Source: Callorhinchus milii
Taxonomy: Eukaryota
NCBI RefSeq assembly: GCF_018977255.1
Contig: NW_024704743.1
Span: 105,898,001 to 105,962,000 of the forward strand
Direction of reading: 5' to 3'
DNA length: 64,000 nucleotides
The notes under the pieces are model-generated. The model was not told the origin of the DNA, searched no databases, and saw only the letters and a program-made list of their open reading frames with translations. Of the stretch, positions 1-11,725 are shown piece after piece (position 1 is the stretch's first letter; each line of letters opens with the position of its first letter). Made by a program: the position numbers and the translations under genes.

Positions 1-66
1 CGCTTTGAGGCGTCTCGACAATGTGATAAGTTGCTATATCAAATGCAACAATTATTATTATTATTG
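1..66 (+). mobile_element. SINE 3' tail with (TTA)n
   Basis: cgctttgag...gctatatcaaatgcaac followed by (tta)n; same tail as full SINE copies at 14908 and 42523. Confidence 0.75.
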
Positions 67-621
67 AAGTTAAATGCAGGAAATAGCTTACATTATATTG
101 GTTTCACCATTGCAATTCCACGTTAAGCCGCAGCATACTTTGCAAAGCAAACTCACTTGCACATCAAGGGATGGGCGGATGATCAAAAGGTACATTAAAC
201 ATTATATATTTGGCAAAGTTTTGTGAATTTTTAAGATGACCTCTTAATTGTTATGTTGATAAATTGGAAATTTAGAACAAAAAAAAGTGCCAGTCTGTAA
301 CTTCAAGGTCTAATGCTTCAGTGGATTCAAAGTGGTACAATGTGAACAAGTCAGCATTTGAGAGTTAATTCTGATAAATTACAATGGTCTTGAGTTTTGA
401 ACGGATTGACAAGTGAAGAAAAAAATTTAATGAAGCAATGTTAGGAGCCTAAACTGGCCATTTGGAAACCAAACATGTTTTGTACGTTCTGTGCTGTGTT
501 CTTGCTGTAAGTTACATTAAGTAAAGAAGGATTTTTTCACATGGTTACTGAAATGTGGGTGGCTCAAGTTTCTTGCATGCTACATGTTTAGCATTCCTTA
601 TAGAGACAAAGCTGTCAAGTC

Positions 622-692
622 ATGCTAAACTACTGTGGCTCCTACGTAGAGCTGCGCCCCAGCTCTGCATAGGAGCCACAGTAGTTTAGCAT
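622..692. repeat. Near-perfect inverted repeat (33-bp arms, 5-nt loop)
   Basis: Arm 622-654 is the reverse complement of 660-692 apart from one mismatch and one G-U position; loop cgccc. Confidence 0.95.
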
Positions 693-739
693 AATACTGT
701 ACATACCTTGGCGTAAATTCCATCCAACTCAATCACAAA

Positions 740-1100
740 ACTGCAGCCCATATCCTCTCGCTGGCTCCATATGCCCATTAACTCCAACTTCACCAGGTTC
801 CACGACTCCCAGTCCACCAAAGGATCCTCGTCTTGAATTCCAAGCCACAAAGTCCTCATTTTACCCTAATTTACCTCTGCAATCTCCTCCAGTCCTATTC
901 TCCTACTTGTACCCTATGCTCCTCCGATTTTTGTCCAACTTCTCATTCCCCACTTCCATCTAGCCAAACATCAGCTTTCAAGCATTCAGCCAATATGTCC
1001 CTTCACTTTAAAACTTTCTCCCCAAATTGTCTTGCCTCCTGTCTCCTCTCCCTGCTTTCAAACCCTTCTTTGACCCTAACTTTGGCCAACATCCTCAAAC
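740..1100 (+). mobile_element. Highly degenerate L2 LINE 3' fragment
   Basis: C/T-rich; tcgctggctccat and aaagtcctcatttt resemble the LARLHWLP..FKILIL-coding region of better L2 copies in the window. Confidence 0.5.
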
Positions 1101-2309
1101 TGCTCTTCAGGCCCACAGCTGTGAGGTTTCAAACCTATCCCCTAATGATCAAATTTCAAATGTGTGTTCTCCATAACCATCAATGTAATTCAGACAACTG
1201 CAATAAGCCAAAAATGGCTTAAACATTTTTATACTGGTGTCTAAATTTGCGAGATTCACTAAAGTATTTGTAAATAGTGAATCATGCAGACACTAAACAT
1301 AAGTCTCTGGAACTCCAGTAGGTCACCAATCACAATTTCCAGGAAGCCACACTGTGTCCAAAGGAAGCATGTGAATGGGCAGGAATATTGGTATCCAAAT
1401 GGAATTCTGTAGAGTTGGATTGAGACACATCCAGTTGCCTATAATTGTTGCAGATGTGTTTTAACTCCTTCCCTGCTATAAACCTAGATGTAAGTTTAAG
1501 TCAACAGTGCTCTGAGGATAATAACTATAATAATAATCCTTGGATTTAATTATTATTATAGTTGTAGTTAGAACTATAATAATAATTCTTGCAGAATATA
1601 CTGTAAAGTGAATTGACCGCATATTTTGTGGGCGAGATGCAGCAGCCAATTGCACACAGATGCGGTCAAACATGGATTCTTTTAGGACTGCACAGCTCAG
1701 TTCCTCAATGAACTGAGCCATAAGGGAAACCTTTCAACACAATTCACGTAAGCGTATTGTTTACCTGTAAAATGAGTTGAAGAATTGGCCGAAACGTTTG
1801 TTTCATGAAGATAATAAGCCTTTAAATTCTATTTCTTTCTAACAGGCTCTAAAAATAGTACATTACTACTTTCTAACAATTGTAATAAATATTTATGGAG
1901 AAACATTTGGCATAAGAATTAAGTGCCCTTTTTTCCTGAGAACAGGTAGGCAGCAAACCAGAATTTAGTCCGTTTCAGGATCTTTGAGTCCAGGATGTGG
2001 TATAATCATACGGCATTTAATCTCTTTCTGGCTATAGAGAAAGAGGAGCTAGGAAGGGAGGATAAAATACCAGTATCTCATACAAAAACATTAAAAAACA
2101 GTAGTGCTATAGTCACTCTACTTTAATAACTAGTAATAATAACACTCACATTTGATATAACACTTTATCATGTTATCGAAACATCCAAAAGCATTTCATG
2201 GGAAATGTAAAGTGTAGACTACTGTAAAGTGTAGACTATGTACAAGTACAAATTGACTGAGGAAAGAATTCAGCATGATCTCAAATACTTAGTGAAGCTC
2301 ATAGGTTTA

Positions 2310-2455
2310 ACAGCAACAGCAACTTTCACTTATACAGTGCCCTCCATGCAGGGTTGCATCTCAGAGTGCTTAACAGTGGCGGAGCCTGACTCCGAGCCGG
2401 GTGGATGGGGGAGGTGGCCATAAGCACGGTCGAAGATTAAAGTTTTCGGGCGGGA
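2310..2455 (-). mobile_element. L2 LINE 3' end
   Basis: Closely matches the L2 tail at 57273-57420 (cagtggcggagcctgactccgagccgg); degenerate (caa)n end. Confidence 0.75.
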
Positions 2456-2526
2456 AAGAGAGGAAAGAGGGGAGAGAAAACAAGCCGAAAACTATATATT
2501 GTTTAGCATTCCTAACATGATGCTAT

Positions 2527-2745
2527 CAATAATAATAATAATAATAATAATCCTTGCATTTGATATAGCGCTTTCCACGTCGGGAGGACGTCCCAAAGCG
2601 CTTCACATAACACACTGTAAAGTGAATTGACTGTATATTTGTGGGCGAACGCGGCAGCCAATTGCGCACAGCAATGTCCCACAAACAGTCGTAGATTGAA
2701 AATGACCAATTAATTATTGTTTTGGGTGTTTGGAGGGATTATTAT
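2527..2745 (-). mobile_element. tRNA-Ala-type SINE, 5'-truncated young copy
   Basis: Reverse complement nearly identical to the 3' portion of the 42523-42840 copy; (taa)n tail. Confidence 0.9.
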
Positions 2746-2834
2746 TACAATGAACTGTACACATATACAGTATGCACCTGGCCAGGTCTAAACATAGGAG
2801 TGGCTGATTGTGATGGTAACAGAGAATACCTGAT

Positions 2835-3280
2835 AGATTCGAATTCAAGATCCTCACCCTCACCTACAAGGCCATTCACGGCCTTGTTCCCTCCTACCTC
2901 TCCGACCTACTATCCCCCTACCTACCTGCCCGTACCCTCCGTTCCTCTGGCTCCGGTCTGCTCCACATCCCCCGCCCCAACCGCCCTACCATCGGTGGCC
3001 GGGCCTTCAGCCTCTCAGCCCCTAGGCTCTGGAACTCTATCCCCCAGTGTCTTCACCGCCTCCTCCCTTTCCTCCTTCAAGGCCGGTCTCAAGACCTTTC
3101 TCTTTGACCGTGCCTTTAGCTCCCCTCTCGACTCTCTACCCCCTCCTCGCTCCCTCCCTTCCCTCCCCTCCCCCTGACCATTTCCCCCTTGCTCGGGTCC
3201 TGACCCAACTGTACAGCGCCTTGGGACGTCCTCCCGACGTGAAAGGCGCTCAATAAATGGAATCTTGTTGTTGTTGTTGT
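2835..3280 (+). mobile_element. L2 LINE 3' fragment (ORF2 C-terminus + 3'UTR + (GTT)n)
   Basis: Encodes FKILTLTYKAIHGL..YLSDLL and SFKAGLKTFLFDRAF; near-identical to 38980-39486; ends in (gtt)n. Confidence 0.92.
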
Positions 3281-3589
3281 AAAGAGAAAATTCTATCTAT
3301 CTCTTGTGCCTCTCATCTCCATGCTAGAAATGATAAGACTGTACTGATCCATGCTGTGCTGTGTACAATGCTGATGCTATAAATTCCCAGTAGGATGCAG
3401 AGAGCACAGATTAGTTATTACCTACTCTCAGCAACGTGGAGCTTAAGACTGATGGTAAACCTTTTATGATTTATTTTATTCCCCCAAGCAGCCATGTTAC
3501 CCATAGAATAATTAAGGCTGAGACCTGAAATTGCACCGGCTTTAATCTGTAAGACTTGTTTGTTTTACATGCAGGAAAATATATTGTAT

Positions 3590-3920
3590 ATAATATAAAT
3601 AATTTGTTTCCACTGGATGGGGAATCTGTAGTCAGGGGACACAAATATAAGATAGTGACAAGGGGATCTGGAAGAGAATTTCGGAAGAACTACTTCACAC
3701 AGAGGGTAGCGCGATTGTGGAACTTGGTGCTTGAAGCGGTGGTTGAATCAGATTGTGTAGATGTATTCAAGAGGGAGGTAGACCTTCACGTGAGGGAGAG
3801 GGGAATAGAAGGGTATGGGTGGGAATAAGGAATGGGTGAAGACTCCTGTAGAGTATAAACACCGGCATGGCTTGGTGGGCCAAGCAGCCTGTTTCCGTGC
3901 TGTACATTCTTTGTAAATGC
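3590..3920 (+). mobile_element. CR1 LINE 3' fragment
   Basis: ORF 3556-3828 contains RGHKYKI..FRKNYFTQRVARLWN..VVESDCVDVFKREVD, typical CR1 ORF2 C-terminus; 3'UTR gggcc..gcctgtttcc. Confidence 0.9.
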
Positions 3921-4784
3921 TTGATCTACACTTTAGTGCAGAGATAAACTAACATCCTTTTATTCCTATGCTTTCAATGTAAGTATCTCTCAGTTCAAAA
4001 AAGCTTCTATTTCTATTTAAACCTTTTAAATAAGTAACCCATCCTTTATTTTGCCTATGTTGCAGTTTGGTTCATACTTTTCTAATTGTACCTCTACATT
4101 TGCATTTTAAGTAAGCAATTTTTCCTAATACGCACAGGAAAATGTATTGTATATTAACAGTGTAAGCAGTGCTTCTGGATATTTCTGATGTATTTCTTTT
4201 GTTAAGTCAAGATGCTGGACATTTTATGTTGTACTTTAACCCGTAAGCTTAGGAAAAGGCTGATTTAAATGACATTTAAAACTTTCAATCACGCTGCTGC
4301 CTTTTTTTTGTTATACTCCAATGTCTAAATGTCCAAAGTTTGGAATGAAATAGCACACGTTGAATTATTTGAAGCCAGTCGTTAAAATCATAACTTAAAA
4401 TCAAGTTGGCAAGAAGACAAGCGTACCTGAGCGAGAGAAGTGGTCAACAGAAAGGATTTGTTTCTGTTTCCATGTTACAAGTATTCATGGAAACAACAAT
4501 AAATATCATTTGAGGCTTCAAATAGTGATAACATCAGGTCGACTTGTTACAAGACACTATTAATCCTACGCTTCATGTACATATCTGATGTTAGAAAAAT
4601 TTAGAAATGGCACTCACTCAAGAATGGTTGACAAATTTATATTCGATAAAATATTTTAGTCAATGAACTAGTTGATACATGCAAATGGTTTGGACCAGAG
4701 TAAGTTCCACTTTTGTTAACAAAAGCACTCGGGTCAACAAGTATGTGTTATGAAGAAACTTAATGAACTAACAAATGACTAGGA

Positions 4785-4905
4785 GGCAACCGAGCCAGAT
4801 GGGATACACCCTAGGACTCTTAAGGAAATGCAAGAGGAAATAGGTGAGGCTCCAGTTATATTTTAGGAGCGCCATAAACACTGGATCTGTACCCAAGGAC
4901 TGGGC
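4785..4905 (+). mobile_element. CR1 ORF2 internal remnant
   Basis: ccagatgggatacaccctaggactcttaaggaa translates PDGIHPRTLKE (GPDGIHPRVLKE motif of CR1 ORF2). Confidence 0.65.
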
Positions 4906-5589
4906 GCATTTTGCATTGATGTTAGTAACGTAATAACATGAAGGGAAAATTCAGTATTCCCACACATATTTCATCCCTTAACAAATAACGCTCTTCAACC
5001 AAGGAACACCCCACCGATTGGACAAGGAATGCAGTTAAAATGCATCTCAAAACAACTCTGTGAGTGAACACCTCTCCCCCCACAGACTCCCACTCCACCC
5101 AGCCCCTGAGTCTGAATCAAGGCTACCCTTGTCACCAGCTAGGGAGGATCCCGAGGTCTCCATTTCCCCAAAACAGCAACTGCATTCCACCTTCCAACTT
5201 CTAAGTTAGATTTCTACACATGGCCTGGAGAAGAAGGGGCAAAATCCCACCAAAAAGTATCTTGATATTCAAAACAAAGGAGTGAAATAAATCTGGGAAT
5301 GATAAGACTGTTTAGCCTAGTGTTGCTCTGGATGTAGATTGCTTTGGAGCAAAATTTCTGCCTGTCGAAGTGACTTACCTGTGGTACCAGAAGAAATCTC
5401 CAGTTGCATCACTTAGATTCCTTATTAAAGGAAATGTTACAAGCTAGAATCCATTGACTCATCTCACAACCAGGAGTCTGTTTCACCCACAGCAGCTGGG
5501 AATTGTTATAGGAAGGGGGTGAAACTATCATTTAAATTCAAAACATTTCCCCAAAAGAAAAGAAAATAACTCCAAGGGTGAATATCCTC

Positions 5590-6296
5590 AACTATCCTTT
5601 CTACCCCACATCTGCGCCAGGACCCGCTCTGCCTTCCACCACCTCCGCAATATCGCCCAGCTCCACCACTGTCTCACACCTCAGGCCACCGAAACCCTCA
5701 TACATGCTTTCATTACATCGAGGCTTGACTATGCAAACACCTTGCTTGTCGGCCTCCCCAACTCCTCCCTCCATAGGCTGCAGATCATCCAGAACACTGC
5801 AGCCGTGTCCGTTCCGGCACCAGGCTCCGTGACGCAATCATCGCCATCCTTACCGACTCCATTGACTTCCCATCAAACAGAGGATGCAGTTCAAGATCCT
5901 GGAGCTCACCTTCAATGTCCTCCATGGCCTTGCTCCCCCCTACCTCTGCGACCTCTTAACCTCCTACCATCCTTTTGCTCCCTCCACTCAGCGGGCTCCG
6001 GCCTGCTTCATGTCCCCCGCCTCGCTCGCCCCACTATTGGCGGGCAGGTCTTCTGCCACTCTGTCCTCACCCTCTGGAACTCCATCCCGCAATCCCTCTG
6101 CCTCGCCCCCTCCCATGTCTTTTTCAAGACTCATCTCAAGACCTCTTTGATCATGCTTTCCATCTCCATGCTTCCCCCCCTGCCCTCCACCCTCCCTGAC
6201 CCCAACCCCCAGCTCAGGTCCAAAACTCTATCTGTCCAGCACCTTGGGACGTTCTCTCGACGTGAAAGACGCTATACAAATGTAATGTTGTTGTTG
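5590..6296 (+). mobile_element. L2 LINE 3' fragment
   Basis: Frameshifted ORF2 motifs (HLRNIA, GLPNSSLHRLQIIQN, FKILELTF, LWNSIP, FKTHLKT); (gtt)n tail. Confidence 0.9.
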
Positions 6297-8179
6297 AATC
6301 ACGAGGCAACATTGTTATTGGAAAAACCTCAACAAAGGGTGCCTCTCACTATCTCAGCTGGAGGATGGTGTCTGTATGACACTAGGAAACAGCGAAAGAG
6401 AAGGAATAAATGAGTAATGAATAATTTCAGGAGAGGAAATATAAAGAACTAAATGTCTCTTTTCACATTTCTTTTGCAATTCCGCCTGTTTTAGTTTGCA
6501 CCATCTCTGAAAGAAAAAGAAAAAAGGCGAGGCAAACGCTTTTGTTAACGGAGGTGAGGATGTGTTTTGCCTGAGTGGCCAGAAAAGGGTTAAACCATTA
6601 AACCAGACCTTTTCATCGCAGATCTTCAACCTTTGAAATTGTGGCTTCACATCGGAACTGATCCAATGCAAGCCACAGGAGACAACAACAACAACAGCTG
6701 GCTTAAGAGTGAGAGTGCACCTCGGTTGATTTAAAGATTCAGTTGAAGTTAGTATAGTGGCAGAAAATAAGCTGCATTCCCTGATCTGTTTTCATTACAA
6801 ATATTCACAGACTAAAAGAGAGTACTTTGATCTTGTTGTATGAAGCAAAACATTTCAGCACCTGGTTTTGATTAATACGCCCCATGATTTTTTTTAACTT
6901 AATTACACTTGTGACATTTATTAAAAAATGTGTACGAGTATTGGACTGCTGGTACACATTAATTTACTTTACAATGTCAATGTCAGCATGTTCACACATG
7001 AACACATTTTGCGTCTTTTGAAACACGGGCATAACAAATGCTCTTAAGGTAAAACATTTATTGAAGATAAATGGGGCAGGTTTCTAAACATTTTCATAAC
7101 AACACGCAAGCTATGTTTATCAAAGACTTATGAAAAATATTTCTTCATAAAAATTTAAGACAATTTCGGTGGGGAGTGAACGGCAGTTGCAAATTCTAAA
7201 AAAATATATTGGATACTGATTTATTTTAAAGGAACACAAACAGCCATGTGTCACTATTCTCTTATAACTAAACTATCTATTTCTGATTCGAGAGACCTCA
7301 GCCTTTCAAAGGTGGCAGTCATGCACTAATTGGAGAACTTTGGTGAGGTGAGTCGTGAATGAAGTTTTCCCATTATAACTTTCTATCACCAAAGTTGGTG
7401 GACTGTATTTAGGACCAGCAGTGCATTACCAACTAGAGTGCTTTCAACTTTGTAAAGTGGCATAATACCATTCAACCTTTCAAGACTACGTGGTGCTTAT
7501 TTGGCAAAATTGTTCTTTTAACATTATTTTAGATGGTTTGGATGAAGAAGGCCCATTGGTCTGTTTGATCTCATCCCTCACTCATAATACGCATTGTGCC
7601 ATTGTCCAACAGAGTCACTCCAGAACACTCACCATACCGTCCCCCCATCACAACAAAAAACTTTTAAAATGAGCTTTTTAAACACAGTGTTTTTAAACGG
7701 GTTCATAATTAGCTCTCCATCAAAAAAAGATCTTGAATGTTAACTTCATATCCCTTCTAACCCCAATGTATAGTCCTCAGGAATTCTGACCATTCTATCC
7801 TGAAAAAGGATTTTCATTATTGTGTTATTTTCCAACAGTTACAAATGTAATTTTGTTGTAATTCTGCACCATCTTTTGTTTTATGATATTAATATAATTT
7901 TTCTTTCATTTTCAATAGCCTAGACAGAGGCTAGTTAACCACATTACACCAGTAGACTTACTGTATTATTGTAACAAAAAACAAGAAAATAAAACCAAAA
8001 ATATCTGCTTGAAGGATTAATTACACATACCTATCTAGTAGGGACTTCTTCACCCCTTTGTATACAAGGATTGTGCTACATACAAACAGATTCAGAACCA
8101 GGGCGAGACCTTTTTCCCCTTTGTGTCCTGACTAAGCTTACTTCCTTCTTCCAGGTCGCATTCTTTATAATGCTACTTA

Positions 8180-8720
8180 ATAATTACCATTGCATTTGAT
8201 ATATAGCCAAAATGATGAAATGTCTCAAAGTGCTTCACAGCAATTACCATAAGTGTAGTGACTGTGTATTCATAGGCAAGTGCAACAGCCAATTTGTGCA
8301 GAGCGATGTCCACAATTAACCAAGAGATGAATTAACAAGTGTTAACAATTGTATCTGGAGCATTGTTGACCCAGGAAGAGACTTTCTTTTCTTTTCTTTT
8401 CAAACAGTGTCATGGGATGTTTAATGACCGCCTAAACAGAAGGATGGAACGTCAGTTTAATATCGCCACAGCACTGCCTGCCTAAAAATGTTCCTCTTCG
8501 ACTGCTCCCCCTTTCCCTTACTCCCTCGCTTGAGTCTGACCCCAACCCTGTGAAGCACTCCGAGACATTAACCTTACATGAAAGGCATAATATAAATGTA
8601 AGTTGTTGTTGTTGTCGGAGTGTCAGTCTAATCTAAGAGCTCAAAGTCCCTAATACAGAACATGGACCGACAACTGTCTGACCCAAACAAAGTGCTACTA
8701 ACTTGCAAGCCAGGCTGACA
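8180..8720 (-). mobile_element. Deu-domain SINE (SacSINE1-like) interrupted by a plus-strand L2 tail (~8480-8614)
   Basis: Reverse complement of Deu core (cagccaatttgtgca; catgggatgtttaatg) and head remnant gccaggctgaca; embedded L2 tail ends (gtt)n. Confidence 0.65.
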
Positions 8721-9189
8721 CTTAAATGTGATACTTAACTTGCTAGGGAGATGTTAAAATTGTATATCCATTCTAGATTACTATCCATAGCACACGTAGC
8801 CTGTCAGAACTGAACCCTTCAATATTTTTCACTTTGCTTTACCTGTGCTGTTATTTCTTAGGATTTTTCAGCAGTTTTCAAGGCAGGATCATTAAGCTCA
8901 CCGAAGCCACTTAACTGTTGAAAAAGTATTACCAAATTGTTCCAGCAATGCTTATTTCACTTATTTATGTGGAGATTTGAAGTGCCCTTTCAGGGGTGTC
9001 CGAAAATACTGTAATTATTTCCATTTCTAAGAAAACAACCTGAGCAACTTTCAAATTAAGACCGAATTGAAGAATTTTCCTCCATTCTGCGATCTTACAT
9101 TTTAAGAGAAAATTGCATTTAAAAAACACTACATTGAATTTCAGTCCATATCTCAAGGATAAGTGTAATACCTGGCCCCAGCAAGTCTT

Positions 9190-9460
9190 TACTGGCTTAG
9201 CTGAATTCACTACCATTGTCCTCAGTACTCCTGGGATAGCATAGGGGGAAAATCAGCCTGAGTACTAATTGCTGGGAATCCTGCAAATGTAAAGTGCAAG
9301 AGTGAGGATAGAACTGGGTTCGTCTCTGACCTCCCCTCCATGTTCAACAATCACTGTCTAGACTCACACATGAAGAATGTTCACTTGGGCGAGGTACCAG
9401 AGGACTGTTGCTGTTCATGCAACTGTACCCAAGTAGCAGTCTGTGGCTTAAGGAGACAAA
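9190..9460 (+). mobile_element. LF-SINE-like element
   Basis: cactgtctagactcacacatgaagaatgttcacttgggcgaggtaccagagg matches the recalled LF-SINE core; homologous to 29300-29600. Confidence 0.7.
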
Positions 9461-10261
9461 ATGGAAACATCTCATTTCATTAAAAAAAAATCCAAATTGA
9501 AAAGCTGGTAGGAATTGCTCATAGTCACAATGTCCCTTTAAAGTCTCGGTGTTTCTCTACATCTTTTCTTTAGACATAATCATTTGACCTCGTTATTACT
9601 AAAAAAAAGGGCATTTGGTCAAGCAAGCAACATTTTTTCAAATTAGGTGAAGATCTGGAAGAAATTGAGTCAATAGCATTCTAAATGTGCTGTGTTGAAC
9701 TTTGTGTGTTTATAGTGGCCGTAAATTAAGTTATAAAAATTTCCACCCTTAAGAATACATGGAGATTTGAAAACATCTGAGCAAAGTGAATGCAAGACTG
9801 TAAGTTTTATTAAGTTGCACACAAAGGGTTATATTTACCAATTGATTTTGTACATACTGGAGCAAGTTGCCAAATTTGGTTTGGGTTTGGTCAGACAGGA
9901 GTCTGGTACATGCAGAAATCCATCATTATGGTTGAGAACGTTCAAACCAGACTGAGAGTTCTACATTTACGTTTGGACATGCATCCAAATGTATTGGACA
10001 TCTAAGTTCCTTAGATCCCAGATTAGAGTAATCATTAGAGGGGCACTTGTGGAGGAAGGCAGGTTCTCCATCAACCCTGTAGTTTGTGTTGCCATGAGAT
10101 TGGCAGGTTGTCCACCACTCTAGAAATCAGATCCTCTAATTTGCGAAGATTTCAAAAGGGATTCCTTAATAAGGAACTGGAACTACATCATGCCAATTTC
10201 CGTTCCGACATGATCTATCTTCAAAGCAGAGTTTTCGCAAAGGTTGATGTGTTATCAAAAT

Positions 10262-10618
10262 AAAATCCTTGCACTTGATATAGCATCTTATCACGTCTTT
10301 GCTATGTCTCAAAGTGCTTCACAGAATATATTGTAAAGTGAATTGACTATATTTTGTGGGCAAAACGCAGCAGCCAATTGCGCACAGCAGTATCCTACAA
10401 ACAGTCATGAATTGAAGTGACCAAGTTTTTTTTAAGGAATTTTTACCCTCAGAAAAGTGATCTGCCAATCGACTAAAACCAGGTTCTACTTACAGCTAGA
10501 TAATCAGAGGTGTGTGGAGTAAGGAAACTTGCCCAACATTTCACCCTGCCGGGAATCCAACCCAGGTCTCTTCCTTGCGAGGCGAGTGTTCTGACCACTG
10601 AGCTACAGGACTCCACAT
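10262..10618 (-). mobile_element. tRNA-derived SINE, long-spacer subfamily, full length
   Basis: Reverse complement begins atgtggagtcctgtagctcagtgg (A box); shares an internal block with 53800-54154; L2-type tail. Confidence 0.88.
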
Positions 10619-10974
10619 ATGAGGATATGAACAATGTACTTCTATTCCTTGGATTTCTTATTAAACAATCCCATTAGATATTCTCATCTGTATTGGCACC
10701 AACTCCAGAATCCATAAAATACCCTTGAGAACAGACATCATTAATTTCTGATCTGGAAAACCATGTTTGCTGAATCTAGAGGACCAATTTTGTAGATTAT
10801 TACAATATCATATCAATTAGATGAAGTCCGAGGCTATTCCTTTGAGTACCCGAAGGTTAAAGGAAAATGTCTGTTTGCTAGTCTGAAGAAGGAATAAACT
10901 ATCTCAGTGTTTCTTTTCAGCCAGGTACTGTAATAATAACATTATAGACAGAAGCTAATGTTAAGGGATCTGAG

Positions 10975-11135
10975 GTAAGATATGTCCTTTATTGATAATT
11001 AAAAGGTAATTGGATAAATACTTGAGCCAAACAACAATAAAGAATATCAGAAAGGAGTGATGGAATGGGATTAGAGTGGATACCTTTAGTGGGGAAGCTC
11101 GCACCAACTACAGAAATGATTGGGCAAAGGGCTCC
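10975..11135 (+). mobile_element. Degenerate CR1 3' end
   Basis: aaaaggtaattggataaatacttg (FK.KLDKYL-like) plus CR1 3'UTR-like sequence. Confidence 0.5.
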
Positions 11136-11294
11136 AAATATTCTATTTTCTAGCTCTCAACCAATATTAAAAAAAATGCTTAGGAACTTTGATTGTTATT
11201 CTAAAAAGAAGAAAAAAAACAAGAGTTCCAATAGATATGGTGAAAATTATCATCTGAAATGTAATAAGTACTTCCCATAGACTCCATGAAAAAT

Positions 11295-11725
11295 AATAAT
11301 AAATAAATATTCCTTGCATTATGATATAGCTCCTTATCAAGTCATCAAAATGTCTCAAAGCATATTACAGGATTTACTGTACAGTGTAGTGACTGCATAT
11401 TTGTAGGAAAACACAGCAGCCAATTTGCACACAGCAATATCCCACAACCAGCTGTGTAGTGAATGATTATTTTTTACCTGGGGGATTGGTGGCTATGACA
11501 CTGGGAGCAACTCCTTTCTGTTTTGAATAGTACCATGTGATCTTTAATGTCCAACTGAACAGCCAGCCGAGACCTCAGTTTAACATCGCGTCTGAAGGAC
11601 AGCAGTGTAGCAATGTTCACCCAGCACTGCACAGGAATGCCCGCCGAGACTATAAGCTTAAAGTCCCATCATGGGGTTTGATCCCACAACTATTGACTCA
11701 GAGGCCAAGTAAGCCAGACTGACAT
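11295..11725 (-). mobile_element. Deu-domain SINE (SacSINE1-like)
   Basis: (taa)n tail, cagccaatttgcacacagcaat, gatctttaatgtcca, head remnant gactcagaggc. Confidence 0.8.

Noticed and set aside
5410..5530. Ig V-like motif WVKQTPG..QWI on the minus strand
   Set aside because: Flanked by stops, with no conserved Cys/YYC, leader or RSS; probably coincidence
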